A stretch of 64,000 nt of DNA. It comes from Nitrososphaeraceae archaeon. Its GTDB lineage: Archaea; Thermoproteota; Nitrososphaeria; Nitrososphaerales; Nitrososphaeraceae. The notes below the pieces were generated by a model that saw only the letters and a list, made by a program, of their open reading frames with translations, had not been told where the DNA came from and made no database searches. Below, piece after piece: positions 1 through 10,255 of this stretch. Position 1 is the first letter of the stretch, and each line of letters begins with the position of its first letter. The DNA lies in NCBI GenBank assembly GCA_044870765.1, contig JBIOZG010000024.1:1-64000 (forward strand), given 5' to 3'. Position numbers and translations under genes: made by a program.

Positions 1-165
1 TAGATATTTAAATGTTAACTAAATAAAGAGAACATTACTATCATTAGCACCTATTGTATTTTAGTTTTCTTTCCTGACTATACTATGTTCCTTACCAAAG
101 CAAAGCAATTGTATTAGCTTCCTTTAAATCTTCGAAGTAAACATTCTAATAATATCGCCTGAGAT

Positions 166-597
166 TTGCAATCTAAATTCCCCTGGGTGTTAGATATTCG
201 ATGGACAAACTTCCAGTCGGAAGTAACATATGCAGATATACTTAAAGAAAAATATAAAGACTGGGATAAGGAAGAGGATGGGCGCATAGACTTTCTTTGT
301 GTTGGTTTCGGGGATACAATCCACTTGATTGAATTAAAGAGACCAAAGCACATAATTAAGAAAAAAGATCTTGACCAAATTAGAGATTACGTTGCTTTCT
401 TACAGTCACAGTTAGGAAATGATCCCCAGTCATATACTTCCGTTTCTGGATATCTAATCTGCGGTGAAGTAAGCAAAGATCCTGTTGTTAAAGGAATCAT
501 TGAAATGAACAAGAATAATAGGATTTATGTGAGAAAGTACCAAGAATTACTTGCAGTTGCAGAAAGACTTCATGAAGCATTTAGTAAAAAGAACTAG
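166..597 (+). pseudogene. 5'-truncated PD-(D/E)xK restriction-endonuclease-like domain, resembling the C-terminal nuclease domain of GHKL/MORC-ATPase defence proteins
   Basis: FPWVLD..W, GRIDFL and IHLIELKRP...DQIRDY motifs. In-frame TGA at 160-162 just upstream, so the N-terminal part is missing. Confidence 0.6.
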
Positions 598-629
598 GAT
601 ATGTTATTAGAAACCGAGAGGTGGGTTGA

Positions 630-922
630 CTGAGTTCAAGTATAACGAAACCAAGGTTTTTTATCCTGGTCTGCCATAAGGATTCGTGGATCCGATCTCT
701 TTCAGATAATATTTGGGGTTTTTCAAACAAGTCTGTAGGAAATTGGAACACTTCTGAAATAGGTGACTACCTTGCGTTTTATGTTACATCTCCATTTAAA
801 AAAAACATCGGTTATGGACGGATAACTAGCAAATTTGACGTGAGGAATTAACTTGGCCTGATGAAATAGCATTTAAAAAATCAATATGGAGATATAGGAT
901 ACGCTTTAATAAGCTAAAAGTG
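630..922 (+). pseudogene. EVE (PUA-like) domain protein, frameshifted and truncated; not in the ORF track
   Basis: Manual translation: RFFILVCHKDSWIRSLSDNIWGFSNKSVGNWNTSEIGDYLAFYVTSPFKKNIGYGRITSKFD, a 1-nt frameshift at ~840, then EELTWPDEIAFKKSIWRYRIRF. This is the EVE-type WG / GD..FY / IG.G.I / WPDE..YR pattern. Confidence 0.6.
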
Positions 923-1493
923 TTGGTTCCCCGCTGTAAACTAGAACATTTGCTGCGATTATTTTACTTTCCCTTTCGATCGGCGTAACGTGTTTCCATC
1001 TTAAGTAATCCCAGGCTCCACTTCTAATACCGCTTGACGCCATTACAAGAACAATTGGCTTTATTCTTCTATCGGGATATTTCATGAGTTGGGTTATTTC
1101 ATCAAATGTAGGGATTCTATCATCCCCATACAGTTTCTCTCTTAAGAGGCCTTTTCCAATTTTTTTCCAATTAACTACGTTGTCATTCATCTCGCAAAAA
1201 AGCTATGCAGCTTTGTAGTAATTTCTGACAGTTCCAGGGGTAATGTCTTTTTTATCAACTCTCTTATTTTGGGAAACGATAAAGTTAATGAAAGCATGAT
1301 AAACAAACTGATCATTTGTTTTTGCTTCACTAAGGAATTGCAGGGTTTGAGATTTAAGATTCATTTTTGGGAACAATGCATCAAAGAAAAATTTCAATCT
1401 TTGTGGATACTTCCTTTTAGCTTCAGGCGCTCTAAGTGCATATAGCAAAGATTCCAGTGGATCATTCAATTCTAGCGAAATTGGACTAGTCAA
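906..1493 (-). pseudogene. Tyrosine recombinase/integrase, interrupted by an in-frame TAG and C-terminally deleted
   Basis: ORFs 1203-1493 and 906-1190 share one frame and read YYKAA*LFCEMND. Catalytic-Arg box SSGIRSGAWDYL is present; the HxxR and Tyr boxes are absent after YSGEP. Confidence 0.85.
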
Positions 1494-1539
1494 TCAACAT
1501 GAATATAAAGGGAGCCATATTTATGCGCCATTATCAAAA

Positions 1540-1560
1540 CGGGCCGTCGGGATTCGAACC
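1540..1560 (-). mobile_element. att-like site: isolated tRNA 3'-end fragment (T-loop plus acceptor strand)
   Basis: Minus strand reads GGTTCGAATCCCGACGGCCCG, ~47 nt upstream of the integrase. Sequence 5' of it is not tRNA-like. Confidence 0.7.
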
Positions 1561-1727
1561 GGCATATATTAGATGTTGTCATTTAGCTTTTAGCGATGAA
1601 GTGGGAATTTTAAATTATTAGAAGTGAATGTAAACAAACGACTATTTAGTTTAGTTTTAAATTAATTCTTAAAAACCGACCGTAACAATATATATTCGAC
1701 AAATGAAAATTTTTATTTCTATTCCTG

Positions 1728-3701
1728 ATGTCTAGACAGTTTGCACTTGCCCCTGATACATTTTCACCGAAAGGTGATCAACCAACCGCAATAGAAGGTC
1801 TTGTAGACGGCTTAACACGCGGCAAAAAGATCCAGACACTTTTGGGAGTGACTGGCAGCGGGAAGACGTTTACGGTAGCAAATGTAGTTGCGAGTACAAA
1901 CAAGAATACCCTAGTTATATCGCACAACAAAACACTGGCAGCACAACTGTATTCAGAGTTCAAGCAATTCTTTCCTCAGAACAATGTAGGATATTTCGTT
2001 AGTTTTTATGACTATTATCAACCTGAAAGCTATTTGCCCCAGACCGATACGTATATAGAAAAAGACACCGAGGTGAACGAAAAAATTGAAAAAATGCGCC
2101 TTGAAGCAACAGCTATGCTGATGTCAGGCGAACCAACAATCATAGTATCGACTGTTTCGTGCATTTACTCTTTAGGCTCACCCATAGAGTGGGATGAAAG
2201 TGCTATTACCCTGTCAGAGAATATGGAAATTGGCAGAAAAGAGCTAATTCACAAGCTAATCGAAGCTCGGTATGAGCGAAACGATATAACCCTGTCGTCT
2301 GGCAGTTTCAGAGTTAAAGGAGATACTATTGATATTATACCAGGTTATTCAGATGACGTAATTAGAGTATCCCTCTTTGGAGATCAAATAGAACAGATTA
2401 GTATTCATAATAGCGTTACTATGGCAAAGAAACGGACAGCAGGTACAGTCAAAATATTTCCCGCGAAACACTACATAATAGGAGAGGATGCAAAGAATGG
2501 TGCTGTAGCGTCTATACAACGAGAACTTGAAACCTGGCTTCCAAATTTGCCTGGTGAACTTGAAAGGCAAAGACTCAATTCAAGAACTAATTACGACCTT
2601 GAAATGATACAAGAGTTAGGTTATTGTTCGGGAATTGAAAATTACTCTAGACATTTTGATGGAAGAATGCCAGGACAACCTCCGTACTGTCTACTTGACT
2701 TTTTCGGCAATGATTTTTTACTAGTAATAGATGAATCCCATGTTACCCTACCTCAGCTTAGGGGAATGTATAAAGGTGATTATACTAGGAAAAAAAGTCT
2801 CGTAGACTATGGATTCAGGTTGCCTAGCGCATTTGATAATCGACCGCTTAAATTTCCAGAATTTGAGAAATATCTAAAGTCGGCGTTGTTTGTATCTGCA
2901 ACACCAGCAGATTATGAAAAGAAAAACAGTTCTGCAATTGTAGAGCAGCTTGTAAGACCCACAGGACTCGTAGATCCAATAGTAGAGGTTAGACCAACAC
3001 AGAACCAAATCAATGACCTAATAGATGAGATAAGGTCTCATGTTCAAAAAAATCAAAGGATTCTGGTCACTACACTTACCAAGAGAATGGCCGAAGACCT
3101 CGCAGAATATTTGGCCAAAAAAGAAGTAAGAGTGAGATACATGCATTCAGAAATTGAGGGCCTTGAGAGAACGGAGCTTATTAGACAACTCAGAATAGGG
3201 GAATTTGACGTACTAGTCGGAATTAATCTATTAAGAGAAGGTCTTGATATACCAGAGGTCGGGCTTGTAGCAATACTTGATGCTGACAAAGAAGGCTTTC
3301 TGCGCAATACAACAAGTCTAGTTCAGACGTTCGGAAGAGCATCAAGGAATATTGATGGGACCGTAATAATGTATGCAGATAATATTACTCAGTCGATGAA
3401 AGAAGCTATTTCTGAAACGGAAAGAAGAAGAAAAAAGCAGATATTGTATAATCAAAAACACGGCATTACACCAAAGACTATAGTAAAAGCAGTTGCAAAG
3501 AGGGAAGATGATGCAGGAATAAATGTCGAAATCAAATCCATGTCTGCAAAGGATTTATCAAGACTTGCTATTGAAATTGAGACAAATATGAAGAGATACG
3601 CAGAAGATTTGGACTTTGAGAAGGCGATACAATTAAGAGACCAATTGACGAAAATAAAAAAGGTGTTAGACAGTCAGATTGTTGAAGCACCAACTAGATA
3701 G
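1728..3701 (+). CDS. uvrB: Excinuclease ABC subunit B
   Basis: GVTGSGKT Walker A, YYQPESY, DESH, NLLREGLD, C-terminal UVR coil. Confidence 0.98.
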   Translation: MSRQFALAPDTFSPKGDQPTAIEGLVDGLTRGKKIQTLLGVTGSGKTFTVANVVASTNKNTLVISHNKTLAAQLYSEFKQFFPQNNVGYFVSFYDYYQPESYLPQTDTYIEKDTEVNEKIEKMRLEATAMLMSGEPTIIVSTVSCIYSLGSPIEWDESAITLSENMEIGRKELIHKLIEARYERNDITLSSGSFRVKGDTIDIIPGYSDDVIRVSLFGDQIEQISIHNSVTMAKKRTAGTVKIFPAKHYIIGEDAKNGAVASIQRELETWLPNLPGELERQRLNSRTNYDLEMIQELGYCSGIENYSRHFDGRMPGQPPYCLLDFFGNDFLLVIDESHVTLPQLRGMYKGDYTRKKSLVDYGFRLPSAFDNRPLKFPEFEKYLKSALFVSATPADYEKKNSSAIVEQLVRPTGLVDPIVEVRPTQNQINDLIDEIRSHVQKNQRILVTTLTKRMAEDLAEYLAKKEVRVRYMHSEIEGLERTELIRQLRIGEFDVLVGINLLREGLDIPEVGLVAILDADKEGFLRNTTSLVQTFGRASRNIDGTVIMYADNITQSMKEAISETERRRKKQILYNQKHGITPKTIVKAVAKREDDAGINVEIKSMSAKDLSRLAIEIETNMKRYAEDLDFEKAIQLRDQLTKIKKVLDSQIVEAPTR

Positions 3702-3711
3702 CATCATGTAG

Positions 3712-6657
3712 GTGAAATGGAAATTGAATAACGTAAACAATAATTACATTAACGACAGAATAATAATAAAAGGGGCTAGGGAACATAATCTAAAAAACAT
3801 CAATGTTGAAATTCCCAAAAACAAGCTAGTTGTTCTAACTGGGCTTTCTGGATCGGGTAAGTCAACTTTGGCCTTTGATACTATTTATGCAGAGGGTCAA
3901 AGGAGATATGTCGAATCTCTCTCAGCATATGCAAGACAATTTTTAGAAATGATGGATAAACCTGATGTTGACTCTATAGAAGGTTTATCACCTGCCATAT
4001 CAATACAGCAAAAGACGACAAGTAAAAATCCTCGCTCGACAGTAGGTACGGTGACAGAGATTTATGATTATTTGCGACTACTTTATGCCAGAATAGGAGT
4101 GCCTCACTGTCCTCAGTGCGGTAGAAAGATTACTGCACAGTCAGCAGATTTTATTACTGATACCATTATTAAGACTTCAAATGGAAAAAGTGTACTTTTA
4201 CTGGCTCCTATAGTAGAAGCAAAAAAAGGGACGTACGAAAAATTATTCCAAGAGTTAAAACAAAATGGATATACAAGGATTAGACTAGATGGGGAGATTA
4301 TCAACCTGAGTAGTGACAATGATGAAGAAAATACTCAAGGTGTTATTAAGAAAGATATCAAAGATCGAATACTTAACAAATTTAAGAAACATACGATTGA
4401 AGTCGTTGTTGACAGGATAAGGCCGTCACTTGAGGATAGATCTAGGCTGTTTGATTCAGTACAAACTGCTCTGAAGACAGCAAATGGACTGGTCAAAATT
4501 TTGATACCCGACGATAATAATAGCGAAACAGTGTATTCACAAAGAAAAGCTTGTACCAGGTGTGGAATAAGCATCCAGGATCTTGAACCGCGTTCATTCT
4601 CCTTTAACTCACCATTTGGAGCATGCAAACAATGTAATGGACTTGGTATCAAAGTTGAGTTTGATCCAGAGCTAGTTATTCCGGATAGGAAAAAGAGCAT
4701 TTTAGATGGTGCAATAAAACCATGGGCAGGCCACTTTGCAACATTCAGGTCTTCAATGTTGCGCGACGTGGGTAAGAAGTTTGGGTTTGACTTATATCAA
4801 CCCATATCAGCTATGACAAAAAAGCAATTAGGTGTTATTCTTTACGGAACAGATGAGAATATACATTACAAATATGAATCTAGGACATCTGATTCTACCT
4901 GGGAGTATCGTAGTTCTTTTGAAGGAGTTATACCGAATTTGGATAGGGTATACGCACAAACAGAGTCTGAAGCAAAACGGAGAGATTTAGAGCAGTTTAT
5001 AAGAGAGCTCCCGTGTGAACTATGCAAAGGCATGCGACTGCGTCCTGATTCTTTGGCAGTCAAGATTGCTGGCAAATCTATTATGAATGTATGTGATTTG
5101 TCGATTGACAAGTGTTATGATTTTTTTATTAGTCTTTCACTTTCTGACACTGATAGATATATAGCAAAAAATATACTTAAGGAAATTATTTCTAGACTGG
5201 AATTTCTCAAAAATGTTGGACTTAATTATCTTACTTTGAACAGGATGACCTCTACGCTGTCAGGTGGGGAGTCGCAGAGAATACGTCTTGCCACACAGAT
5301 TGGCTCTAACCTCACGGGCGTTTTGTATGTTCTTGATGAGCCAACGATAGGATTGCATCAAAGAGATAATAACAGATTGATTGAGACATTAAGAAAATTA
5401 AGAGACCTTGGTAACACGCTTATAATAGTGGAACACGATGAAGAAGTTATCAGAAGCTCAGATTGGATTATCGATATCGGAGAAGGTGCCGGTATTCATG
5501 GTGGGAAGATAGTTGCAAGCGGATTTGTCAAAGATATCATAGATAATAAGAATTCTATAACTGGAAGATTCCTTAAAGGTGACGACAAGGTTTACCACAA
5601 GAATGCGGAAAGGGATCCAAAGAGCTGGCTCACTCTTCATAATGCTAGAGAGAACAATCTCAAGAAAATAACAGTAGATTTTCCTCTTGGTTGCATGACA
5701 ACAGTAACTGGTGTGTCGGGATCTGGAAAATCAACTCTTGTAAATGAAATTCTTTTCAAATCACTATCGAATCACTTTTACTCCTCAAAGGATAAGCCTG
5801 GGGCCCATGATAGGATTACTGGACTTCAAAATTTGGACAAGGTAATAGGAATTGATCAATCTCCAATTGGCAGAACACCCAGATCCAATACAGCAACATA
5901 TGTGAATGCTTTTGGTCCCATACGCGAGATCTTCTCAAAAACACTCAAAGCCAGAGAAATGGGGTATAAACCAGGTCGATTTTCATTCAATGTTCCAGGT
6001 GGCCGTTGTGATTCATGTGAGGGCGCTGGAGTCAAAAGGATTGAGATGCAATTTCTTGCAGATGTATATGTTACCTGTGATGAATGTAAAGGTAAAAGAT
6101 ACAATTCAGAAACCTTACAGATAACATACAAAGGCAAGACAATTTCTGACGTGCTAGATATGACTGTGGAAGAAGCACTCGATTTCTTTGCAAATATCTC
6201 ATCTATCGAAAGAAAATTAATGACGCTTTATGACGTCGGATTAGGATATATAAGATTAGGACAACCTGCGACAACACTTTCAGGAGGAGAAGCTCAGAGG
6301 ATAAAGCTATCTTCAGAACTTGCAAGAAGGGACACGGGAAGTACGCTATATATTCTCGATGAACCAACTACAGGATTACATTTTGCAGACGTAAAAAAAC
6401 TACTTCATGTTTTAGACAGACTTGTAAATATAGGTAACACAGTCATACTGATTGAACACAATCTTGATGTAATAGCAGCCTCTGACTGGATAGTTGATCT
6501 TGGTCCTGAAGGAGGAGATAGTGGAGGAAATATTGTTGTTACTGGCACACCAGAACAAGTTTCAAACCACATTTCAAGTCATACTGGAAAATATCTTAAA
6601 TCCAAATTAGTTGTTAGCCAGACAATAAGAAAAAATAAAAGTGGTGTACGCATTTAA
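3712..6657 (+). CDS. uvrA: Excinuclease ABC subunit A
   Basis: Two ABC cassettes ([21 protein letters not shown]), zinc fingers, [11 protein letters not shown]. Confidence 0.98.
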   Translation: MKWKLNNVNNNYINDRIIIKGAREHNLKNINVEIPKNKLVVLTGLSGSGKSTLAFDTIYAEGQRRYVESLSAYARQFLEMMDKPDVDSIEGLSPAISIQQKTTSKNPRSTVGTVTEIYDYLRLLYARIGVPHCPQCGRKITAQSADFITDTIIKTSNGKSVLLLAPIVEAKKGTYEKLFQELKQNGYTRIRLDGEIINLSSDNDEENTQGVIKKDIKDRILNKFKKHTIEVVVDRIRPSLEDRSRLFDSVQTALKTANGLVKILIPDDNNSETVYSQRKACTRCGISIQDLEPRSFSFNSPFGACKQCNGLGIKVEFDPELVIPDRKKSILDGAIKPWAGHFATFRSSMLRDVGKKFGFDLYQPISAMTKKQLGVILYGTDENIHYKYESRTSDSTWEYRSSFEGVIPNLDRVYAQTESEAKRRDLEQFIRELPCELCKGMRLRPDSLAVKIAGKSIMNVCDLSIDKCYDFFISLSLSDTDRYIAKNILKEIISRLEFLKNVGLNYLTLNRMTSTLSGGESQRIRLATQIGSNLTGVLYVLDEPTIGLHQRDNNRLIETLRKLRDLGNTLIIVEHDEEVIRSSDWIIDIGEGAGIHGGKIVASGFVKDIIDNKNSITGRFLKGDDKVYHKNAERDPKSWLTLHNARENNLKKITVDFPLGCMTTVTGVSGSGKSTLVNEILFKSLSNHFYSSKDKPGAHDRITGLQNLDKVIGIDQSPIGRTPRSNTATYVNAFGPIREIFSKTLKAREMGYKPGRFSFNVPGGRCDSCEGAGVKRIEMQFLADVYVTCDECKGKRYNSETLQITYKGKTISDVLDMTVEEALDFFANISSIERKLMTLYDVGLGYIRLGQPATTLSGGEAQRIKLSSELARRDTGSTLYILDEPTTGLHFADVKKLLHVLDRLVNIGNTVILIEHNLDVIAASDWIVDLGPEGGDSGGNIVVTGTPEQVSNHISSHTGKYLKSKLVVSQTIRKNKSGVRI

Positions 6658-6746
6658 CTACTATTATATCAAACAGAATCCTGCACCAATCTGATAGTTT
6701 TAAGGAGCTACGAAAAAAAGTACTAACGCTTCCTTATGAACCAGGA

Positions 6747-8318
6747 GTGTATATGATGAAAGATAAGGAAGACAAAATTATCTACATAGGCAAAGCAAAA
6801 AATCTCCGGAAACGTGTACTTTCTTACTTTAACTTTAGAGAGAACCATGATGCTTCCAATTGGAAGACATTTAAACTCGTCAGCAAAATTCAGGATGTTG
6901 ATTTCCTTGTTACAGATAACGAAATTGAGGCCTTCTTGTTAGAATCGAACTTGATAAAACAATATAGGCCACTATTTAATATTGATCTTAAGGATCAACA
7001 ACGGTACACATATCTTAAAATTTCAGATGAAAAATTTCCGAGATTGCTCGTAGCAAGAAGGAATAGAGATGGCAAGTTCACAGGTACTAAAGGTAAGGTA
7101 TTTGGGCCCTTTGTACATGGAAGCTCAAAATTACTAACGATAGGTTTATTGAGAAAAATCTTTAAAATCAGAATTTGTAACACGCTTCCAAAGAAACCTT
7201 GTCTTGAATACTTTATCAATAACTGTGATGCCCCATGCATAAATAACGTTACTCAGAATGAATATATGGCAAATGTTCAATCGCTAGAAAATATTCTTGC
7301 TGGAAAAAAAAGCATTGATGACTTTATAGAAAAAATGAAGGAGGACATGAACAGTGCATCGTCTACCCTTGAATATGAAAAAGCAAAGGCAATAAGGGAT
7401 ACTGTAAGCAGATTAGAAAACCTCAGATCAAAACAAAAAATAGAACAATCAATTAGTTCAAGATCTGAAGAAGAGTATGTTGGTATCAAGTATGACCTTT
7501 TGCAATCGAAAGCACATATTTTGATCTTAAGAAGATATCGCGGAGTAATCAGAGATAGAAAAAAATACCAATTTGACTTGGTTGGGGATAACTCATTTTC
7601 AACTTTTTTGTCGCAATATTATTATTCCAAATCGTCAGTACCACGATTTATCTATGTCAATGAACAACCAGATTCAAAACAGGTACTTGAAAAGTCTTTA
7701 GAAAGGATTGCGTCGCACAAAGTGAACATTATAACGCTATCTAACAGAATGGATGTTGAAAGAAAGCAATTAATGAACTTAATTATTAGAAATTTATCAA
7801 CGTATATCTCGAAAGGTTTTGAACCTGCATTACTTGACCTAAAAAAAGTATTGAGTCTTAAGTCACTTCCCAAAATCATTGACTGTTTTGATGTTTCAAA
7901 TCTTGGCTTATCGATAGCTGTTGGCTCCTGTGTCAGATTTGTTAACGGAATTCCTGAGAAATCATTTTATAGAAAATTTAGAATAAAAACAATAAAAGAT
8001 CAAAATGATTTCGCAATGATAAGCGAGATAGTAAGTCGTCGATACTCAAAAGAAGATAAACTCAATTTACCAGATTTAGTATTAATTGACGGTGGAAAAG
8101 GTCAACTTAATTCTGCACTTGAGGCCATATCAAAATTAGATTTAAAAGTCCCGTGTATATCAATTGCAAAAGAAAGAGAAGAAATTTTTGTTCCTAATTC
8201 AGTCTTTCCAATACTCATTCCCAAGAATAGCAAATCACTCAAAATATTACAATATCTGAGGGATGAAGCTCACAGGTTTGGGCTCAGCTATAACATAAAG
8301 TTGCGTGACTTGAAATAG
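6747..8318 (+). CDS. uvrC: Excinuclease ABC subunit C; true start probably upstream (~6681); no C-terminal HhH domain
   Basis: GIY-YIG domain (LPYEPGVY..YIGKAKNL), Cys cluster, RNase H-like DVSN / DGGKGQ / RDEAHRF. Confidence 0.96.
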   Translation: MYMMKDKEDKIIYIGKAKNLRKRVLSYFNFRENHDASNWKTFKLVSKIQDVDFLVTDNEIEAFLLESNLIKQYRPLFNIDLKDQQRYTYLKISDEKFPRLLVARRNRDGKFTGTKGKVFGPFVHGSSKLLTIGLLRKIFKIRICNTLPKKPCLEYFINNCDAPCINNVTQNEYMANVQSLENILAGKKSIDDFIEKMKEDMNSASSTLEYEKAKAIRDTVSRLENLRSKQKIEQSISSRSEEEYVGIKYDLLQSKAHILILRRYRGVIRDRKKYQFDLVGDNSFSTFLSQYYYSKSSVPRFIYVNEQPDSKQVLEKSLERIASHKVNIITLSNRMDVERKQLMNLIIRNLSTYISKGFEPALLDLKKVLSLKSLPKIIDCFDVSNLGLSIAVGSCVRFVNGIPEKSFYRKFRIKTIKDQNDFAMISEIVSRRYSKEDKLNLPDLVLIDGGKGQLNSALEAISKLDLKVPCISIAKEREEIFVPNSVFPILIPKNSKSLKILQYLRDEAHRFGLSYNIKLRDLK

Positions 8319-8399
8319 GACTATGTGTCCCACAAGTACCACGAATAGGATGTTTGCGAATTATAGATTCTAACTTATATTTTTGAACATTATTATGGC

Positions 8400-9221
8400 C
8401 TAGCCCCTAACAGCTCCAAGAGTCAAACCTCTTATCATTCTCTTTTGGGAAAATAACATCAGAACAACAACAGGGATGAGTGCAATGTTTATGCCTGCAG
8501 TTAGATAACCCCAGTCAATTCTATAAAGTGAAATGAATTGATACAATGCAACCTGAAAGACCATGACATCAGGTCTATTTGAAAGGACAATAGGTAGCAC
8601 AAACTCGTTCCACGAAAATCTAAACGATAGAATAGCTGCTATTAAAAAACCGGGGATAGAAATTGGTACTATGACGTGCCAAAAAGCTCGCATTTTTGAA
8701 CAACCATCTATAAGTGCTGCTTCCTCCAGCTCTTTTGGAATTGTTTCAAAATAGTTCTTTAATAAAAATATGTTGAGTGGTATAATGAGAATCTGAAATG
8801 TCAGTACCAATGCGAATAGAGAGTTAAGAAGACCTATGTTGGCTAACATAATGTATAATGGGATAATGTTAATGACAACAGGGATCATAAACAATCCCAA
8901 AATTGTGCTAATCAGCAAGTTTTTACCTTTAAAGTCAAACCTTGCAAATGCGTAGCCTCCAAGTGCACTTACAACTACACTCAAACCAGTACTTGCCAAA
9001 CTTACCGCCAAGCTATTGAAAAGACTTGTTACAAGTTTTGGATCTGTTAGTACAAAAAGGTAATTATCTAGTGTAGGTGAATCTGGCAGGAATTTTGGAG
9101 GAAAGCTGATGGCTTCTGAATTTGGTTTAAATGAGGTTGAAAGTACCCATAAAAGCGGCGCAAATGTAATAAAAAGAAAAGTAGCGATTACAAAATAAAT
9201 CAGAGTCTTTTCTATCAGCAT
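8400..9221 (-). CDS. Carbohydrate ABC transporter permease (MalG-like)
   Basis: EEAALIDG EAA loop, SWNEF motif, 6 TM segments. Confidence 0.93.
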   Translation of the reverse strand: MLIEKTLIYFVIATFLFITFAPLLWVLSTSFKPNSEAISFPPKFLPDSPTLDNYLFVLTDPKLVTSLFNSLAVSLASTGLSVVVSALGGYAFARFDFKGKNLLISTILGLFMIPVVINIIPLYIMLANIGLLNSLFALVLTFQILIIPLNIFLLKNYFETIPKELEEAALIDGCSKMRAFWHVIVPISIPGFLIAAILSFRFSWNEFVLPIVLSNRPDVMVFQVALYQFISLYRIDWGYLTAGINIALIPVVVLMLFSQKRMIRGLTLGAVRG

Positions 9222-9308
9222 AATAAAATTCTCATCTTTATCAATGACTCGTAGTTTCGTTTAACTAAACTTCGGCGATCCCCATTCAATTCTCGTACAG
9301 CTTTTTTA

Positions 9309-10214
9309 TCATTGTCTGAGCTCAACTGTTTTATCTTGACTCCTTAATAGTTTGATATACGTATATGCTAATACCAAGTTCATTGCTATCAACAAAAATC
9401 CTACGGCAGCACCCTTGGATAGTAGCCCAAATTCAAAAGCCTGTCTGTACATGAACAGGGATGACGTGGTACTTGAGAAAAGTGGACCACCATTTGTCAT
9501 GACAAGAATTAAATCAAAGAAATTCACTGACCACATTGTGATAAGAATAAGATTTATGATGATAAATGGTCTCAATAGTGGGAGCGTTATGTACAAGAAA
9601 CTTTTAATTTTCGTTGCACCATCTATTCGCGCTGCTTCATAAACTACTGGACTTATCGAAAATAGTCCTGCCGTTAGGAATATTACAGTGAATGGTGTAC
9701 CATGCCACACGTTGGCGAATACCAATGTCCATACAACTATTCCAGGATCTGATAACCAGGCAACAGGCTCTAAACCCATTTGAGCAAGACCATAATTCAT
9801 GATTCCAAAACTATCACTGAATATGAATTTAAAGGAAAAACCCGTTATGACTGCAGAAACTGTCCATGGTATTATGAACAGGGCTCTAATGGTGTTCGAC
9901 CCACTAATTTGTTGATTCAAAACGACTGCAAGGACCATTCCAACAAAAAACTGAAGAGCGACCGAACCGCCTACAAATACTAGACTCACCCGAAGCGACG
10001 TGTGAAAGTCATGATCATGTATCAGATTGTCAAAATTCTTGATCCCGACATACTTCCAATCTCCCAGAATTGTAGTTAATGATACATCATGCAGTGAAAG
10101 ATATATGTTCCACATAAGTGGAAACAAAAGGAACCCGATTAGTATCGCAAGAGCTGGCGCTAGAAGCAAGTAGGGTTGGATTCTACCAGTTTTCGCCTCT
10201 AGTGTGACTTTCAT
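9309..10214 (-). CDS. Carbohydrate ABC transporter permease (MalF-like)
   Basis: YEAARIDGA and MTNGGP motifs. Confidence 0.93.
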   Translation of the reverse strand: MKVTLEAKTGRIQPYLLLAPALAILIGFLLFPLMWNIYLSLHDVSLTTILGDWKYVGIKNFDNLIHDHDFHTSLRVSLVFVGGSVALQFFVGMVLAVVLNQQISGSNTIRALFIIPWTVSAVITGFSFKFIFSDSFGIMNYGLAQMGLEPVAWLSDPGIVVWTLVFANVWHGTPFTVIFLTAGLFSISPVVYEAARIDGATKIKSFLYITLPLLRPFIIINLILITMWSVNFFDLILVMTNGGPLFSSTTSSLFMYRQAFEFGLLSKGAAVGFLLIAMNLVLAYTYIKLLRSQDKTVELRQ

Positions 10215-10255
10215 TAAGATTGCGGGTTATAATGGAATTTGTATTTCCTTAGTTA

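Noticed and set aside
1203-1205. Pyrrolysine/read-through at the integrase TAG
   Set aside because: The gene is also truncated and no pyl genes are seen; a nonsense mutation is simpler.
1500-1620. Possible intact tRNA gene
   Set aside because: Only the T-loop and 3' acceptor strand are present; no D-arm or anticodon arm can be folded upstream.
1728-8318. Bacterial-type uvrBAC in an archaeon as a novelty
   Set aside because: uvrABC is already known in several mesophilic archaeal groups, including some Thaumarchaeota.
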